Part shown: positions 17,341 to 30,889 of the stretch, piece by piece | Numbering within the stretch: position 1 is the stretch's first letter | How the letters are laid out: each line of letters begins with the position of its first letter | Assembly (NCBI RefSeq): GCF_009914755.1 | Contig: NC_060928.1 | From: the human T2T-CHM13v2.0 reference genome, Homo sapiens | DNA: 64,000 bases | Direction: 5' to 3' (one strand) | Translations under genes and position numbers: made by a program | The notes under the pieces: generated by a model | The model's database searches: none | What the model was told of the DNA's origin: nothing | Seen by the model: only the letters and a program-made list of their open reading frames with translations

Positions 17341-17617
17341 ATAGAGGGGGTGGGCCAAGATGGCTGATTAGAAGCAGCAGTGGTCCATGGCTCTCATGGA
17401 GAAGAATGAAAACAGTGAATAAATTCTGCAACTTCAACTGAGGAATTAAGGTTCTCAAATTGGGACTGACTTAGCAGTTGGCACAACTCAGAGAGTGAGA
17501 AAAAGCGGAGTGGGATGACAGCCCACCCCAGAGTGCCACAAGCCAGGGGAGTCCCTACCCCCAGCCAAAGGAGGTATCTCTACTGGTGATACCTCCAGGT
17601 GTGTGAGAGACCGAGGC

Positions 17618-18052
17618 TGTTGCTGTCAGTTGCTATGGGATTGGGTGAAGGGGGATGAATGGAGAAATGAAGACAAAGACAAAAAGATCTGTTTTAAAAG
17701 AAGGTGTCAGGGGCTCCTTGCTTCTAGTGAACAAAGGCTTTGAGCTTCTACAGCCCTTCATATTTATTAGGTGAAAAGAGCAGGGAGGAAGAGGTAATGG
17801 TTGGTCAGCTGCTTGATTTATCACAGGTACACATAATTTCTTTCTTTGTACAACAGGCTTCAGATATTCCTACAGATAATCACAAGGAACACTGTGCTTG
17901 GGGTGTGATTGCCCTCAGCACTCCTTCTGGGGGCAGACATAGTCATCAGTTTTCCAACATCCTGCTTTCATGAGAACAGTTTTCTGTTTGCTCATATAGC
18001 CTCCAGTGGTATGCTGAGTTGGTCACGACCCTCATTCTTTTGGCCTGTAACA
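17618..18052 (-). repeat. 3' LTR (LTR3A-like)
   Basis: TG..CA termini. Minus strand begins tgttacaggccaaaagaatgagggtcgtga, preceded by the polypurine tract (plus strand tctccctctttttg). Confidence 0.9.
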
Positions 18053-20810
18053 TCTCCCTCTTTTTGTTTTTTCATTAATTGAATAAAGGTAATTGCAGGT
18101 TCTGCAGCTCTCAATTGCCATTTGGTGGTCCACCTGATTTTGAAGACTATGAACAAAAAACAGAAACATAATAACATTAATCCAATAGTAACAACAAAGA
18201 CATTGAGTTGCTGTTTGCGGTAGGTCCAAGGGTTAAGGCTCTCTAAACCTTGTTGGAATTCTGCCCAAGCTTTTAAACAGGGCTGAAACACTTGAGTTTG
18301 CTTATCGAAGTTAAGGATTTTACTTTGTAAATCATTAATATCAAAAGTAACATTGGATGTGAAAGCTCCCTGTAAATGGGCCTTTACAAGGCTCCAGGAA
18401 TATTCACTTTGGTTATATTCCAAATTGGTCACACAAATATGAGTATGATTAAAATGACAATGCAATTGCTGATGCAACTGCAAACTTTGTTATTTGTTCT
18501 CCTAGCCAAAGAACAGTAGCCTTTAACATTGCCACCTCTGTTCATATTTCAGCGTTAATTTTATTTTGAAGCATCCATGCCTGGCCAGCTGTGCGTGTCC
18601 AATTTTCTACATATTGAGCTGTTTGAATAGAGCGATGCATTGCTACTGAGGACATCACAACAGAGGTTATCAATGTAACTAAGGAGACTATAGCAACAAT
18701 TATCATGCCTAAGGCTCTACGAGCACGATGAGTAAGCTGAGTAAAAAAGAGTTTTATAAGATGTAAAATGGGGGTGGCCACCCAAGGTTCAGACAGATTT
18801 ACAGGAATCCATAATCTGGGAATGCAACCTAGAATTATTAGGGTGGATATATCATGTGTCTGTATTGTGCTTTGATTAAGGCAATGATAAAGTTGACAGG
18901 AATCACAAGTCGACTGGGCATCATCCACCTGGAGTTGGTCCTTTTTTGCTACTAAGAAAACGTAAGAATTAAAGCACAAATTATAAATTGAGTGGTAATA
19001 TTTTCTACCATGATCATATTAAAACTGCATTTAGCACTGTTATTATTATTGAATAATGTCCCAACTCAAATGCTGCCATTAATAAATGGGAGTGCTGTTT
19101 TGCATATCGAATTCTGGATTGGACCTCTCTTTCCTTGAGAATGCCATTGAGGCAAAGGTGGGCTAAGGCCTGCGCCATGCCAAGTAATTTGCGCAGCAGA
19201 TTCGGATTGAATCCCAATGTGACGTGGCAAAGAGATGTTAAAGTTTTGCCACCAGTGGCAGTGAAGTTCATGCCATGAGGTCTGATGCTCATCTCTCCCA
19301 ACCAAGTGACCATGGGGACCCCAGTCAATAATGTCTCCCATCAGCATGGACTGTTGTCTAGCTAGGGAGCCAAGACACTGGGTCCAAGGAGGGGAGTTAG
19401 AATTATCAAAGGGAACCCATTCTGTATAATTAATACAATTTGGGCGATGAGACCAGGAGTGATTAGTAACTGCACTAGAAATATTAATAGAGCTGAGGCC
19501 CAATAGGCACAAATATTTTCTTTTTTTTACTATTATACTTTACGTTCTAGGGTACATTTGCACAACGTGCAGGTTTGTTACATATGTATACATGTGCCAT
19601 GTTGGTGAGCTGCACCCATTAACTCATCATTTACATTAGGTATATCTCCTAATGCTTTCCTTCCCCCCTCCCCCCACCCCATGACAGGCCCCAGTGTGTG
19701 ATGTTCCCCTTCCTGTGTCCAAGTGTTCTCATTGTTCAATTCCCACCTATGAGTGAGAACATGAGGTGTCTGGTTTTTTGTCCTTGCGACAGTTTGCTGA
19801 GAATGATGGTTTCCAGCCTCATCCATGTCCTTATAAAAGACATGAACTCATCCCTTTTTATGGCTGCATAGTATTCCATGGTGTATATGTGCCACATTTT
19901 CTTAATCCAGTCTATCATTGATGGACATTTGGGGTGGTTCCAAGTCTTTGCTATCGTGAATAGTGTTGCAATAAACATACGTGTGCATGTGAGGAAAGAC
20001 AATTTTGAAACCAAAGTTTGATTTTGGAAAGCCTTTTTAGTATATTTAAAGCATTTGATATTGTAAAACAGAATTCCAAATTACTATAAGTCATTTATTT
20101 TGCCAAAATGATGACTCAGAAACGTTAAAGAAGCAAAAACCTTTTATAACTCTTTTGAATTTAGTTAATATATTCACATAGATAACCTATTCTGCAAGAT
20201 TAATTTTCAGAATTTTTCTACCACTTGTTTGAAACTTCAGCTTTTTCCTAATTTGAAAAGCCAGGTGTCAGGAAAGACAATTTTTTAAATTATACTTTAA
20301 ATTCTAGGGTACATGTGCACAATGTGCAGGTTTGTTACATTTGTATACATGGTTGCGTGGCACATATATTTTCTATGGTAACTCAATCATGCCTGGGATT
20401 AAATTGCAAGGAAACTGCAGTTGAGTGATGTATCCTGGGTGATGCATAAAGGAAGTCCCTCCAATGGAGCAGTATAATTGATACCATTGTCCTGAGAGTC
20501 TAATTGCTCTGTGTCAGGGGGAGTTAAGGGTCCTGGTGCCCATACTCCTTGATCATGATATAACTCAGGAGGATTGCCAGTCCAGAGTACCGGTCATACT
20601 ACTGGGAGGTTAAGAACATATGCCCAATATGTTTTTGCCTCTGCACAGGGAAAACATACTGCACAGGATATTACAGCTGACATGGCCATAAACTTGGAGT
20701 TAGGGGTTTTTGCCTCACCCTGACGCTCTAGCAGTTTCTCAGCTTTTTGTGTGGTTTTCTTGATCTGTCCCCATGTCTTTGCATTCAGATTCAACTGGCT
20801 CATGGCTCAT
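17992..20810 (-). pseudogene. env: HML-6 env remnant (SP-SU-TM), disrupted
   Basis: TWGQIKK signal region (20594..20803). Furin site and fusion peptide RARR/ALGMIIVAIVSL (18542..18979). TM CHFNHTHICVT (17992..18483). Frameshifts and an L1 composite insertion are present. Confidence 0.88.
19521..20358 (-). mobile_element. Composite L1PA insertion: L1 3' end (470 bp) + ~290 bp foreign segment + second L1 3' tip (~70 bp)
   Basis: Outer TSD ggcacaaatattttc (19506-19520) / ggcacatatattttc (20359-20373). Inner direct repeat aggaaagacaatttt (19992-20006, 20270-20284). Confidence 0.9.
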
Positions 20811-20829
20811 ATTGGAGGAGCTGGGCCCA

Positions 20830-23333
20830 TGGTTGGGATCCATGGGTCCCTCCAGTCTCCCATTCCATGGTCACATACATGGTGGGGGAACCCACACAGT
20901 TTGTCCATGTCCTGTAAAAACATAAGCATACCCTCATCCCCACGTTAGTAAATCTACTGGGCCTTTCCATTGCCCTTCTTCTGGGGACTTCTATAATACC
21001 TTTAGGTAAACTTTTTTCCCTTTAACATTTGCCACTGTCATTCTGCCGGAGTCTTATTATCTGTAACAGGAGCTAAAAAATTTAAAGTAAATAAGGCTAA
21101 ATGTAATTTTATTTGAGGTGGTAGCTGGTCTCCTACTCCCCCTTTTTGTTTTTTTCAACATACACTGTATGTTAGTTACATCAATTACATTAATAAATGT
21201 AATGCATGTTTGATGTGCCAGCTCTATAATGCCTTGTCCTCAGGGATTGTAAGGAATTCCTGTCTTATGAGTAATTTCCCATAACTATAAAAAATTTTGA
21301 AAAGCATGACTAACATAAGCAGGTCCATTGTCAGATTTTATTGGTTTAGGAACACCCATATGGGCGAATGACAATAAACAATGCCGCTGTACATGGCCAG
21401 CTCTTTCTGTTTGACACGTAGCATGTAACATATGAGAGTAAGTGTCTACAGTCACATGAACACAGCTAAGCTTGCCAAAGGCTGCTATATGTGTAATACC
21501 CATTTGCCAGATTTCATTTGGAGCTAAGCCTCGTGGGTTACATCCTTTTATGGGTATATCACCAGGGACATACTGGCAAGTGGGACAGGCTTGCACAATA
21601 GCTCGAGCCTGGCTACGAGGCAGATGAAACATACAAGTAAGGGTGAGGTGTTTTGATGCAATAATGTATGAAAGGCTTGAGCTTGCTGAAACACAGAGTC
21701 AATCAATTTATCTGCTTTGTCATTGCCTACAGATAGTGGTCCAGGAAGTTGTGCGTGAGAGTGAATATGAGAAATATGTAAAGGAGCAGCATAAGAATGA
21801 ATAACTTGCTGAAGTCTTAGAAACAAGTTAAACAGCTCTGGTTCTAGGGTGCTTTTAATAGTGGCAGTCTCAATGTGACTGGCTACATTTACAACATAGG
21901 CTGAATCACAGACAACGTTAATAGGAGTTGAAGCAGTGAGCTGTAAAACCTCAATAACTGCCATTAATTCTGAGTGTTGAGCTGAAACTCCAGAGGTTTT
22001 TATTGTTTGAGTATGCTTAGGTCCATAAATAGCTGCTCAGCCTTTGGAAGAGCCATCAGTGAAATAAGTCTGGCCACCTGGAATAGGCTTGTGATAAGTA
22101 ATCACAGGGAGGATAAAAGGGTGAACTTTACAAAATTGCAAAACTTGCCTGATGGATAGTGGTTGTCTATTATTACTACAAAATCCACAAGAGCAATTTG
22201 CCAAGCAGTCAACATTTCCCATGCTGCAGCCTGTTGTTGGAAATCCAAGGGAACAATAATTTTGTCTGGGTCATATCCTGTAAACATTTTTGATCTATGC
22301 CTATCCATAGTTATAAGTTGAGTAATTAAAGAAAGATAAACTTGTAAAGATTTTACTGTTTGATTGGATAGAAAAAGCCATTCTATTACCATTACAAACT
22401 TGTCTATAAATGGGCCCAAAAGTCCTATTGGAGAGTAGGGGGTTGGAAGAATAAACAGAAGCAAAGGCTTTTGTGGCTGTAGCCAGGAGGCATGTCTTCA
22501 CTGAAGCATTTGTTCTACAAGCTGTAATTCAGCTTCTGCCTCCTTAGTAAGTTGCCAAGGAGAGTCTAATGAAGAATCTCCTTGGAGGGTCTGATAAAGG
22601 TGTTTGAGTCGATAAGTAGCAATACCTATCATCAGGCGCAGCCAATTAATATCCCCTAACAATTGTTGGAAATCTTTCAGTGTTTGTAATCTGTCCCTAC
22701 GGAGAGTTACTTTCTGAAGTCGAACACTTCTTTCAGTAACAATAGTGCTTAAGTACCGATGTGGGGAGGTTGTTTGCACCTTTTCTGGAGCTATTTTGAG
22801 ATTCCATTTAATCAAAGCCTGTTTTGTTTCTCTGAATAACTGATGTAAAATTTGATCTGTAGGAGTGGCCAAAAGAATATCCTCCATATAATGAACGATG
22901 TAAGCAGTAGGAAACATATTCCGAGGCTCCTTTAATGCCTGTCCTACAAAATGCTGACATAGCACAGGACTGTTAAGCATGCTTTGTGGTAAAACTTTCC
23001 ATTGATAATGAGAACCAGGTTGTCTTTGATGGATAGAAAGCACAGAGAAGGCAAATCGAGGCTTATCCTTCTCGTGGAAGGGTATAGTACAGAAATAATC
23101 TTTAAGATCTATTACTAAGAGAGGCCAGTCCATTAAAATGGCTGCCGCGGATGCCAGACCTTGCTGTAATGCGCCCATTGGTTTAATTTGTGCATTAATG
23201 ACTCTTTTGGAATTGCAAATACTGGTGAATTCCAGGGACTAACTGACTCTTCGATATGTTCTGCATCCAATTGCTCTTTTACTAGCTGATAGAGTTGAGT
23301 TAGTTTCTCCTGTGATAGGGGCCATTGATTCAT
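20830..23333 (-). pseudogene. pol: HML-6 pol remnant (RT, RNase H, integrase)
   Basis: [33 protein letters not shown] and YMED (degenerate YMDD). RNase H YFTDGSS and VVCDSAY. IN CPTC, IWQMGITH and KSDNGPAY. Multiple frameshifts. Confidence 0.92.
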
Positions 23334-23689
23334 AGAGGCATGGGTGGGACAACAGATTCTTTTAAATTTTTAGACTCAGAACATGACTCCTGCTGTCCAG
23401 CAGAATAAGGAGATAATGGCAGACAGACAGTAAGAAACAAACTCCAAGTGGAGAAATCAGAAGGGTCAACTTTAAGACCTTTTTGATGAGCTCGTTTTAA
23501 TCCTTCTCCTATTCTGTTCCAAATTTCCACATCGAGAGTGCCCATCTGTGGAAACCATGGGTTATGTACAGTGACCTTCTTCAGCATCTTAGTTAATGTT
23601 TGAGAACTAACCTGAGCACCAGATTGTTTAAGTAAAACTTTAAGCAACTGCACATAATGTTGCTCCTGAATAGATAGATTCTGCCCCAT
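23330..23689 (-). pseudogene. gag: HML-6 gag N-terminus (matrix), 119-aa open frame truncated by a deletion
   Basis: MGQNLSIQEQHYVQLLKVLLKQSG...HNPWFPQMGTLDVEIW is a betaretroviral MA with the Gly2 myristoylation site. It abuts the start of RT directly. Confidence 0.88.
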
Positions 23690-23834
23690 GTTACCCTGAT
23701 TCAGAAAACTTCCCATTCCCAGTACCTCTTTAGGGCACTAACCTTATATTAGCTGCCAGTAGACTTGTCCCAAGGTTTCTTGCTCATCTGGTCAGTTTCA
23801 CTTTCTCTGCTCCAGCAGACCTTCTTTGCTCATG

Positions 23835-23852
23835 TCCCTGTCCTGGGCACCA
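23835..23852 (-). promoter_or_regulatory. Primer binding site, tRNA-Lys-like
   Basis: Minus strand tggtgcccaggacagggac, 2 nt after the 5' LTR, versus the Lys3 PBS TGGCGCCCGAACAGGGAC. Confidence 0.8.
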
Positions 23853-23854
23853 CT

Positions 23855-24279
23855 TGTCACTGCCAGTTGCTACAGGATTGAATGAAGGGGGATGAATGGA
23901 GAAATGAAGACAGAGACAGAAAGATCTGTTTTAAAAGAAGGTGACAGGGGGCTCCTTGTTTCTAGTGAACAAGGGATCTAAGCTTCTACAGCCCTTCGTA
24001 TTTATAAGGTAGAAATAGGAGGGAGGGAGAGGTAATGGTTGGTCAGCTGCTTGATTTATCACAGGTACACTTAATTGCTTTCTTTGTACAACAGGCTTCA
24101 GATACTTCTATAGGTAATCACAAGGAACACTGTGCTTGGGGTGTGACTGCCCTCAGCACTCTTTCTGGGGGCAGACACAGTCATCAGTTTTCCAAATCCT
24201 GCTTTCATGAGAACAGTTTTCTGTTTGCTCCAGTGGTATACTGAGTTGGTCAGGACCCTCATTCTTTCAGCCTGTAACA
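23855..24279 (-). repeat. 5' LTR (LTR3A-like)
   Basis: Direct repeat of 17618-18052 with a ~10-bp deletion near 24230. Confidence 0.9.
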
Positions 24280-24677
24280 GAGGGTATTAGAGTCTGGATT
24301 GAACCGTAGCAAACAGCAGTAGCCCTATAGAAGGAGGGCTTGACTGTTAAAAGAAAAACAAACAAATAGAAAGCTACAGCAACAACATGAACAAAAAAAA
24401 AAAAAACGCCCATAAAAAACCCGTTCAAAGGTCAGCAACCTCAACAAAGTTGAGAAAGAATCAATGCAAAAACGTTGAAAATTTAAAAAGCCAGAGTGCC
24501 TCTTCTTGAAATGATTGAAACAACTCTCCAGCAAGGGCACCTAACTTAGCCAAGTCTGAGATGGCTGAATTTACAAAAGTCAGCTTCAGAAGGTTGGTAA
24601 TAACAAACTACACTGAGCTAAAGGAGCATGTTATAAAACAAGACAAAGAAGCTGAGAATCATAATAAAACAATACAG

Positions 24678-24965
<288 letters not shown>

Positions 24966-27900
24966 TTACAGGAGCTCAAACCCAGAATTGCTCATTTAAA
25001 GAGGAACATAAATGACCCGATGAAGCTGAGAAACACAACATGAGAACTTCACGACACAATAACAAGTATTGATAGCCAAATAAACCAAGCAGAGGAACGA
25101 ATCTCAGAGTGTGCAGACTATTTTTCTGAAATAAGACAGGCAGACAAAAATAGAGGAGAAAAGAATGAAAAGGAATCAACAAAACCTCTGAGAACTATGG
25201 CTCTATATAAAAATACCTATGATTGATTGGGGTACCTGAAAGAGATAGGGATAGTGGAACCAAGTTTGAAAGCATACTTTGAGATATAATCCAGGAGAAT
25301 GTCCCCAACTTAGCAATACAGGGCAACATTTGAATTCAGAAAATCCAGAGAACCCCAGCAGGATGCTCCATGAGAAAATCAACCTCAAGACACATAATCA
25401 TCAGATTCTCCAAGGTCACAATGAAAGAAAAGTGTTAAGAGCAGCCAGAGAGAAAGGCCAGGTCACCTACAAAGGAAAGCCCATCAGACTAACAACCTGT
25501 CATTGGAAACCCTACAAACCACAAGATATTTGGGACCAATATTCAACATTCTTAAAGAAGAGAATTTGTAACCCAGAATTTCATAACCAGACACACTAAG
25601 CTGTATAAGTGAAAGGGAAATCATATTCCTTTCAGACAAGCAAATGCTGAGGAAATTCATCACCACCAAGCTTGCCTTTCAAGAACTCCTGAGGGAACTA
25701 CTAACTATTGAAAGGAAATACCGTTACCAGTGACTACAAAAAACACACCAAGGTACACAGACTAGTAACACTATAAAACAACCATGTAAACAAGTCTGCA
25801 AAATAGCCATCATGATGACAGGATGAAATTGACACAATATTAACCATAAATGTAAATGGACTTAACGCCTCAATTAAAAACACAGAATGGCAAGCTGGAT
25901 AAAGAGTCAAGCTCCATCAGTATGTTGTCTTCAAGAGACCTATTTCACATGAAAAGACACACATAGGCTCAAAATAAAGGGATGGAGGAAAATTTACCAA
26001 GCAGAGGAAAACAGAAAAAAAGCAGTAGTTACAATTTTTGTTCCTGACAAAACAGATTTTAAACCAACAAATATTAAAAAAAAGACATTACATGATGATG
26101 AGTTTTCAATTCAACAAAAAAGCTAATTATTCTAAATATATGTGTACCCAATAAAGAAGCATCCAGATTCATAAAGCCAGTTCTTAGAGACCTCCAAAAT
26201 GACTTAGACTCCCACACAATAATAGTGGAAGATTTTAACACTCCACTGACAATATTAGACAGATCATTGAGACAGAAAATTAACAAAGATTTTCAGGACC
26301 TGAACTCAGCTCTGGATCAAGTAGACCTAATAGATATCTAGAGAACTCTCCAACTGAAAACAACAGAATATACATTCTTCTCATGGCTGCACGGCACTTA
26401 CTCTAAAATTGATCACATTATTGGAAATAAAACACTCCTCATCAAATGCAAAAGAACTGAAATCATAACAAACAGTCTCCCAGACCACAATGCAAATAAA
26501 TTATAACTCAACATTAAGAAACTCAATCAAAATCACAAGACTATGTGGAACTTGTACAACATGCTCCTGAATGACTCCTGGGTAAATAATAAAATTACGG
26601 CAGAAATTAGGAAGTTCTCTGAAACTAATGAGAACAATGAGACAACATACCAGAATCTCTCGGATGCAGCTTAAGCAGTGGTAAGAGGAAAAGTTAGAGC
26701 ACTAAATGCCCCATATCAAAAAGCTACAAATATCTCAAGTCAATGACCTAACATCACAAGTAAAAGAACTAGAGGACCAAGAGGAAAACTTCCCAAAGCT
26801 AGCAGAAGACAAGAAATAACCAAGATCAGAGCAGAACTGAATGAGATAGAGACACACAAAATCCTTCAAAAAACTCAAGGGATTCAGGAGCTGTATTTTT
26901 TTTTTTTTTGAATAAAAGTTAACAAAATAGACCGCATCTGCACTAATAAAGAAGAAAACTTAAAAGAATTAAATAGACACAGTCAGAAATGATAAGGGGG
27001 ATATCACCAATGACCCCACAAATATACAAACAACCATCAGAGAATACTTTAAAAATCTTTAGCACATAAACTAGAAAATCTAGAAGAAATGGATACATTC
27101 CTGGATGCACACACCCTCCCAAGTCTGAACCAGGGAAACATTAAATCCCTGAATAAACCAATAATAAGTTCAAAAATTGAGGCAGTAATAAATAGCCTAC
27201 CACCACCACCAACAACAAAAATCCCAGGATCAGATAGACTTACAGCTGAATTCTAACAGAGATACTATTTCTTCTGAAACTATTCCAAATGATCGTAAAG
27301 GAGGGACTCCAACATCAACAACAACAACAACGACAAAACTTCAGGCCAATATCCCTGATGAATATCAAAGCAAAAATCCTCTAAAATACTGACAAACCAA
27401 ATCCAGCAACACATCAATAAGTTTATCTATCACAATCAAGATGACTTCATCCTCAGAATACAAGTTTGGTTCAATGTACAAAAATCAATAAATGTTATTC
27501 ATCACATAAACAGATCTAAAGACAAAAAACACATGATTATCTCAATAGATGCAGAAAAGGCCTTTCATAAAATTCAGCATTTCTTCACATTAAAAACTCT
27601 AAATTAACTAGGCATTAAAGGAACATACCTCAAAATAATAAGAGCCATTTATGATAAATACACAACCAATATCATACTGAATGGGCAAAAGCTGGAAGCA
27701 TTTCCCTTGAAAAACAGCCCAAAACCACAGTGCCATCTCTCACCACTCCTATTCAACATTTTATTGAAAGTTTTGGTCAGGTCAATCAGTTGTGAGAAAT
27801 AAATAAAAGTTATTCAATCAGAAGAGTGGAAGTAAAATTATCTTTGTTTGCAGATAACATGATTCTTTATCTAGAAATCCCATTGTTTCAGTCCAAAAGC

Positions 27901-29556
27901 TTCTTAAACTGAGAAGCAACTTCATTAATCTCAGAATACAAAATCAATGTTCAAAAATTGGTAGCTTTCCTGTACACCAACAACAGGCAAGCAAAGAGCC
28001 AAATAGTAAATAAACTTCCATTCACAATAGCTACCATGAAAATAAAATATCTAAGAATTCTACTAGCAAGGGAAGTGAAGAACTTCTTCAAGAACTACAA
28101 ACCACTGCTCAAGGAAATCAGAGAGGACACCAACAAATGGAAAAACATTCCTTGATCATGGGTAGGAAGAATCAATATCATAAAAATGGCCACACTGCCC
28201 AAAGTAATTTATAGATTCAATGCTGTTCTCATTGAACTACCATTGACATTCTTTACAGAATTAGAAAAAAAAAAAACTATTTTAAAATGTATAAGGAACT
28301 AAAAAGTCAGTAGAGCCAAGACAATCCTAAGCAAATAGAATAAAGCTGGAGGTATCATGCTACCTGACTTCAAACTATACTACAAAGCTATAGTAACCAA
28401 AACAGCATAATACTTGTACAAAAACAGACAGGTAGTCCAATGGAGTAGAACAGAGACCTCAGAAATTACACCACACATCTACAACCATCTGATCTTTGAC
28501 AAACCTTGTAAAAACAATCAGAAAAGGGTTTACTATTTAATACATAGCTCTGGGAGAACTGGCTAGTTGTATGCAGAAAATTAAAACTGGACCACTTCCT
28601 AATACTTTATATGAAAACTAACTCAAGGTGGATTAAAGAATTAAATGTAACAACAAAAACTTTAAAAACCCTAAAAGAAAATCTAGGTAATACCATTCAA
28701 GTCTTAGGAACAAGCAAAGATTTTATGATGAAAACACCAAAAGCAATTACAACAAAAGAAAAATGGACAAATGGGATCTAATTAAAGGTCTCCTGCACAG
28801 CAAAATAAACTATCATCAGAGTGAACAGACAACATATAGAAGGAGAGAATATTTTTCCCAGTTATGCATCTGACAAAGTACAATTTCAGTTACTTTGCTT
28901 TATTTGAAAATATTTTCCCTAAATCAAAATCTTATCCCTTCCTGAATATTTGCAACATTCCTTATATTTCTCACTTTTAGAAAGTATTTATCTTCTAAGT
29001 GCCTACTCCTGAACTTGTTTTGCAGATTGCCTTGTAATTCAGGCAAGTTGTATTTTGAAAAAAATCTCACCAGAAATTTCCATCAAAGTAGAATTAAGAA
29101 GGAAAAGATGCATGTGACAAAATAGACAAACATGTTTTTATTCTATTAATGGTCTGTTAACCTGCAATGAGGTAAATCTTTCTTAAAAGGATATTCAAAC
29201 CCAGTTTCTGAGAAAATATTGCCTGCAGAGTGTCAATATTGTTCAATGTTTTTATTGTCGTTGAGTGCATGCATTACGTGTCACCCAGATTCCCCTTTTG
29301 GGAATATAGAAATTACTTTCCAGCTGATGAAGTGATGAACAACTGACATACCTCACCTATAAGCTCTCTCTCTCAGTACAACCCTGCTGAAAGCTATCTA
29401 GCATATAGTGACCTTTCCAAGACAGCCCATATCCAATGCCTGGTCACATGTAGGACTCTAAAGGCCCATTCTCCCCTTTTCAGTTTGGACCAACTCTGAA
29501 GGCCTAACAGCTTCAGAGCTCCCAGTGGGTGAGACAAAAGCTATGCTGAGACTGCA

Positions 29557-29902
29557 TGTCTTAGCATGCTCAGGGTGCTATATAGAAAAATACCATACAT
29601 TGGCTAGCTTACAGACAACAAACATTTATTTGTCACAGTTCTTGAGGCTGAAAGATTCACCATCAAGATGCTGGTATTGGGCATTCCTCCAAGATGGCAA
29701 CTCGTCACCATGTCTTAATGGGGGAAAGAGATGAATGAGTTATTGTGAGCATATTTTTCAAAAGAATTAATTCCATTAATGAGGACTCTGCCTTCATGAC
29801 CTAAACACCTCCTAAATGGTTCTATCAGCTAATACAGTAATTTTGGTTATTATAATTATAACTTATGAATTTTGGGGGCATTCAGACATTCAGACCATTG
29901 CA
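29557..29902 (-). mobile_element. MLT1A/B-like MaLR solo LTR
   Basis: tgtcttag...cagacattcagaccattgca with 5-bp TSD ctgca/ctgaa. Confidence 0.8.
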
Positions 29903-30424
29903 CTGAATTATGTCCTAATTTGTTCCACTGTCCAATCCTGCTTCCTACTTTTTCACAGATGTTATTTCCAGGAAAACTCTCTAATTATCTCCCTCAAAAA
30001 ATATTCAGCTTAGAATCTACTTCTTCAAGGCACTGAGCATTTGATAATATGTACCAAGAGAGGTCAGAAAAAAAGAACAGACAAGAAAATGAGATTGTAG
30101 AGTTGGATTATTCACTACCAAGTGTAATGAGAACCCTATCACTATTGGTACAGAGAACACAAATAGCCCCTGGAATGTGACAATTTAAATTTTTCATACA
30201 TTCAGTAATGGTAAATTATGATGGAAATCTTTTGAGGGGAAAACATTAGTTATTAGGATATATCACATATTTATCAATATGGGAACAGTAGAAATTATGA
30301 TCACAATACAGGCAAATGTTTTTTTCCACAGAGTTAAGGCTTGGGAGAAAATAATAGAAGAGTGAGGACTAATAACCATCAAATTAAGGCAAATGGTGAA
30401 AGCCAGAAATGTCTCCTTGGAAGT

Positions 30425-30889
30425 GTTACTGGAAAAAGGGGTCTTGATACAGACATGAAGTGAAGGTTCTTGGATTCCACACAGGAAGGAATTCAAGGTG
30501 AGTCACAGAGTACAGTGAGAAAAGATAGTTTATTAAAAGCTATGACATTACACAGTAGGGCATCCTCAGAAGGCAAGGAGTTGAATGCAACACCTTTGTT
30601 TTAAGTTTTTCTTATATAGAAGTCTTGTATCTGTAAAGATTAATTAAGCTGTATCTAGTCGTGGGTGGTCAGACAACAGGACAAAATTGATTATTCTATT
30701 TATTCCAAGAAAACTATCCTTGACACTTTCCTGTGTGAAAATATCAAAACATGACTGTTATTATCTTGAAAGCATATATCGTTATGAATATTGGGACATC
30801 TGGACTCTTCATTGCAGATGTGTGTGTTTATAGGGAGCTGAACTTAAAATCACATTACTCTGACTCTCCTACACTCCTGATTCCCTAAC
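30425..30889 (-). mobile_element. ERV1 (MER4-group) solo LTR
   Basis: Starts tgttactggaaaaaggggtcttgatacagac, typical of MER4-group LTR ends, and ends ctcctgattccctaac. Confidence 0.7.

Larger units (their letters stand above)
17618..24279 (-). mobile_element. HERV-K(HML-6) / HERVK3 provirus, internally deleted
   Basis: Two LTR3-like LTRs, a Lys PBS, and betaretroviral gag-MA, RT, RNaseH, IN and env remnants. Imperfect TSD gaggc/gaggg in the host L1 5' UTR. Confidence 0.9.
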
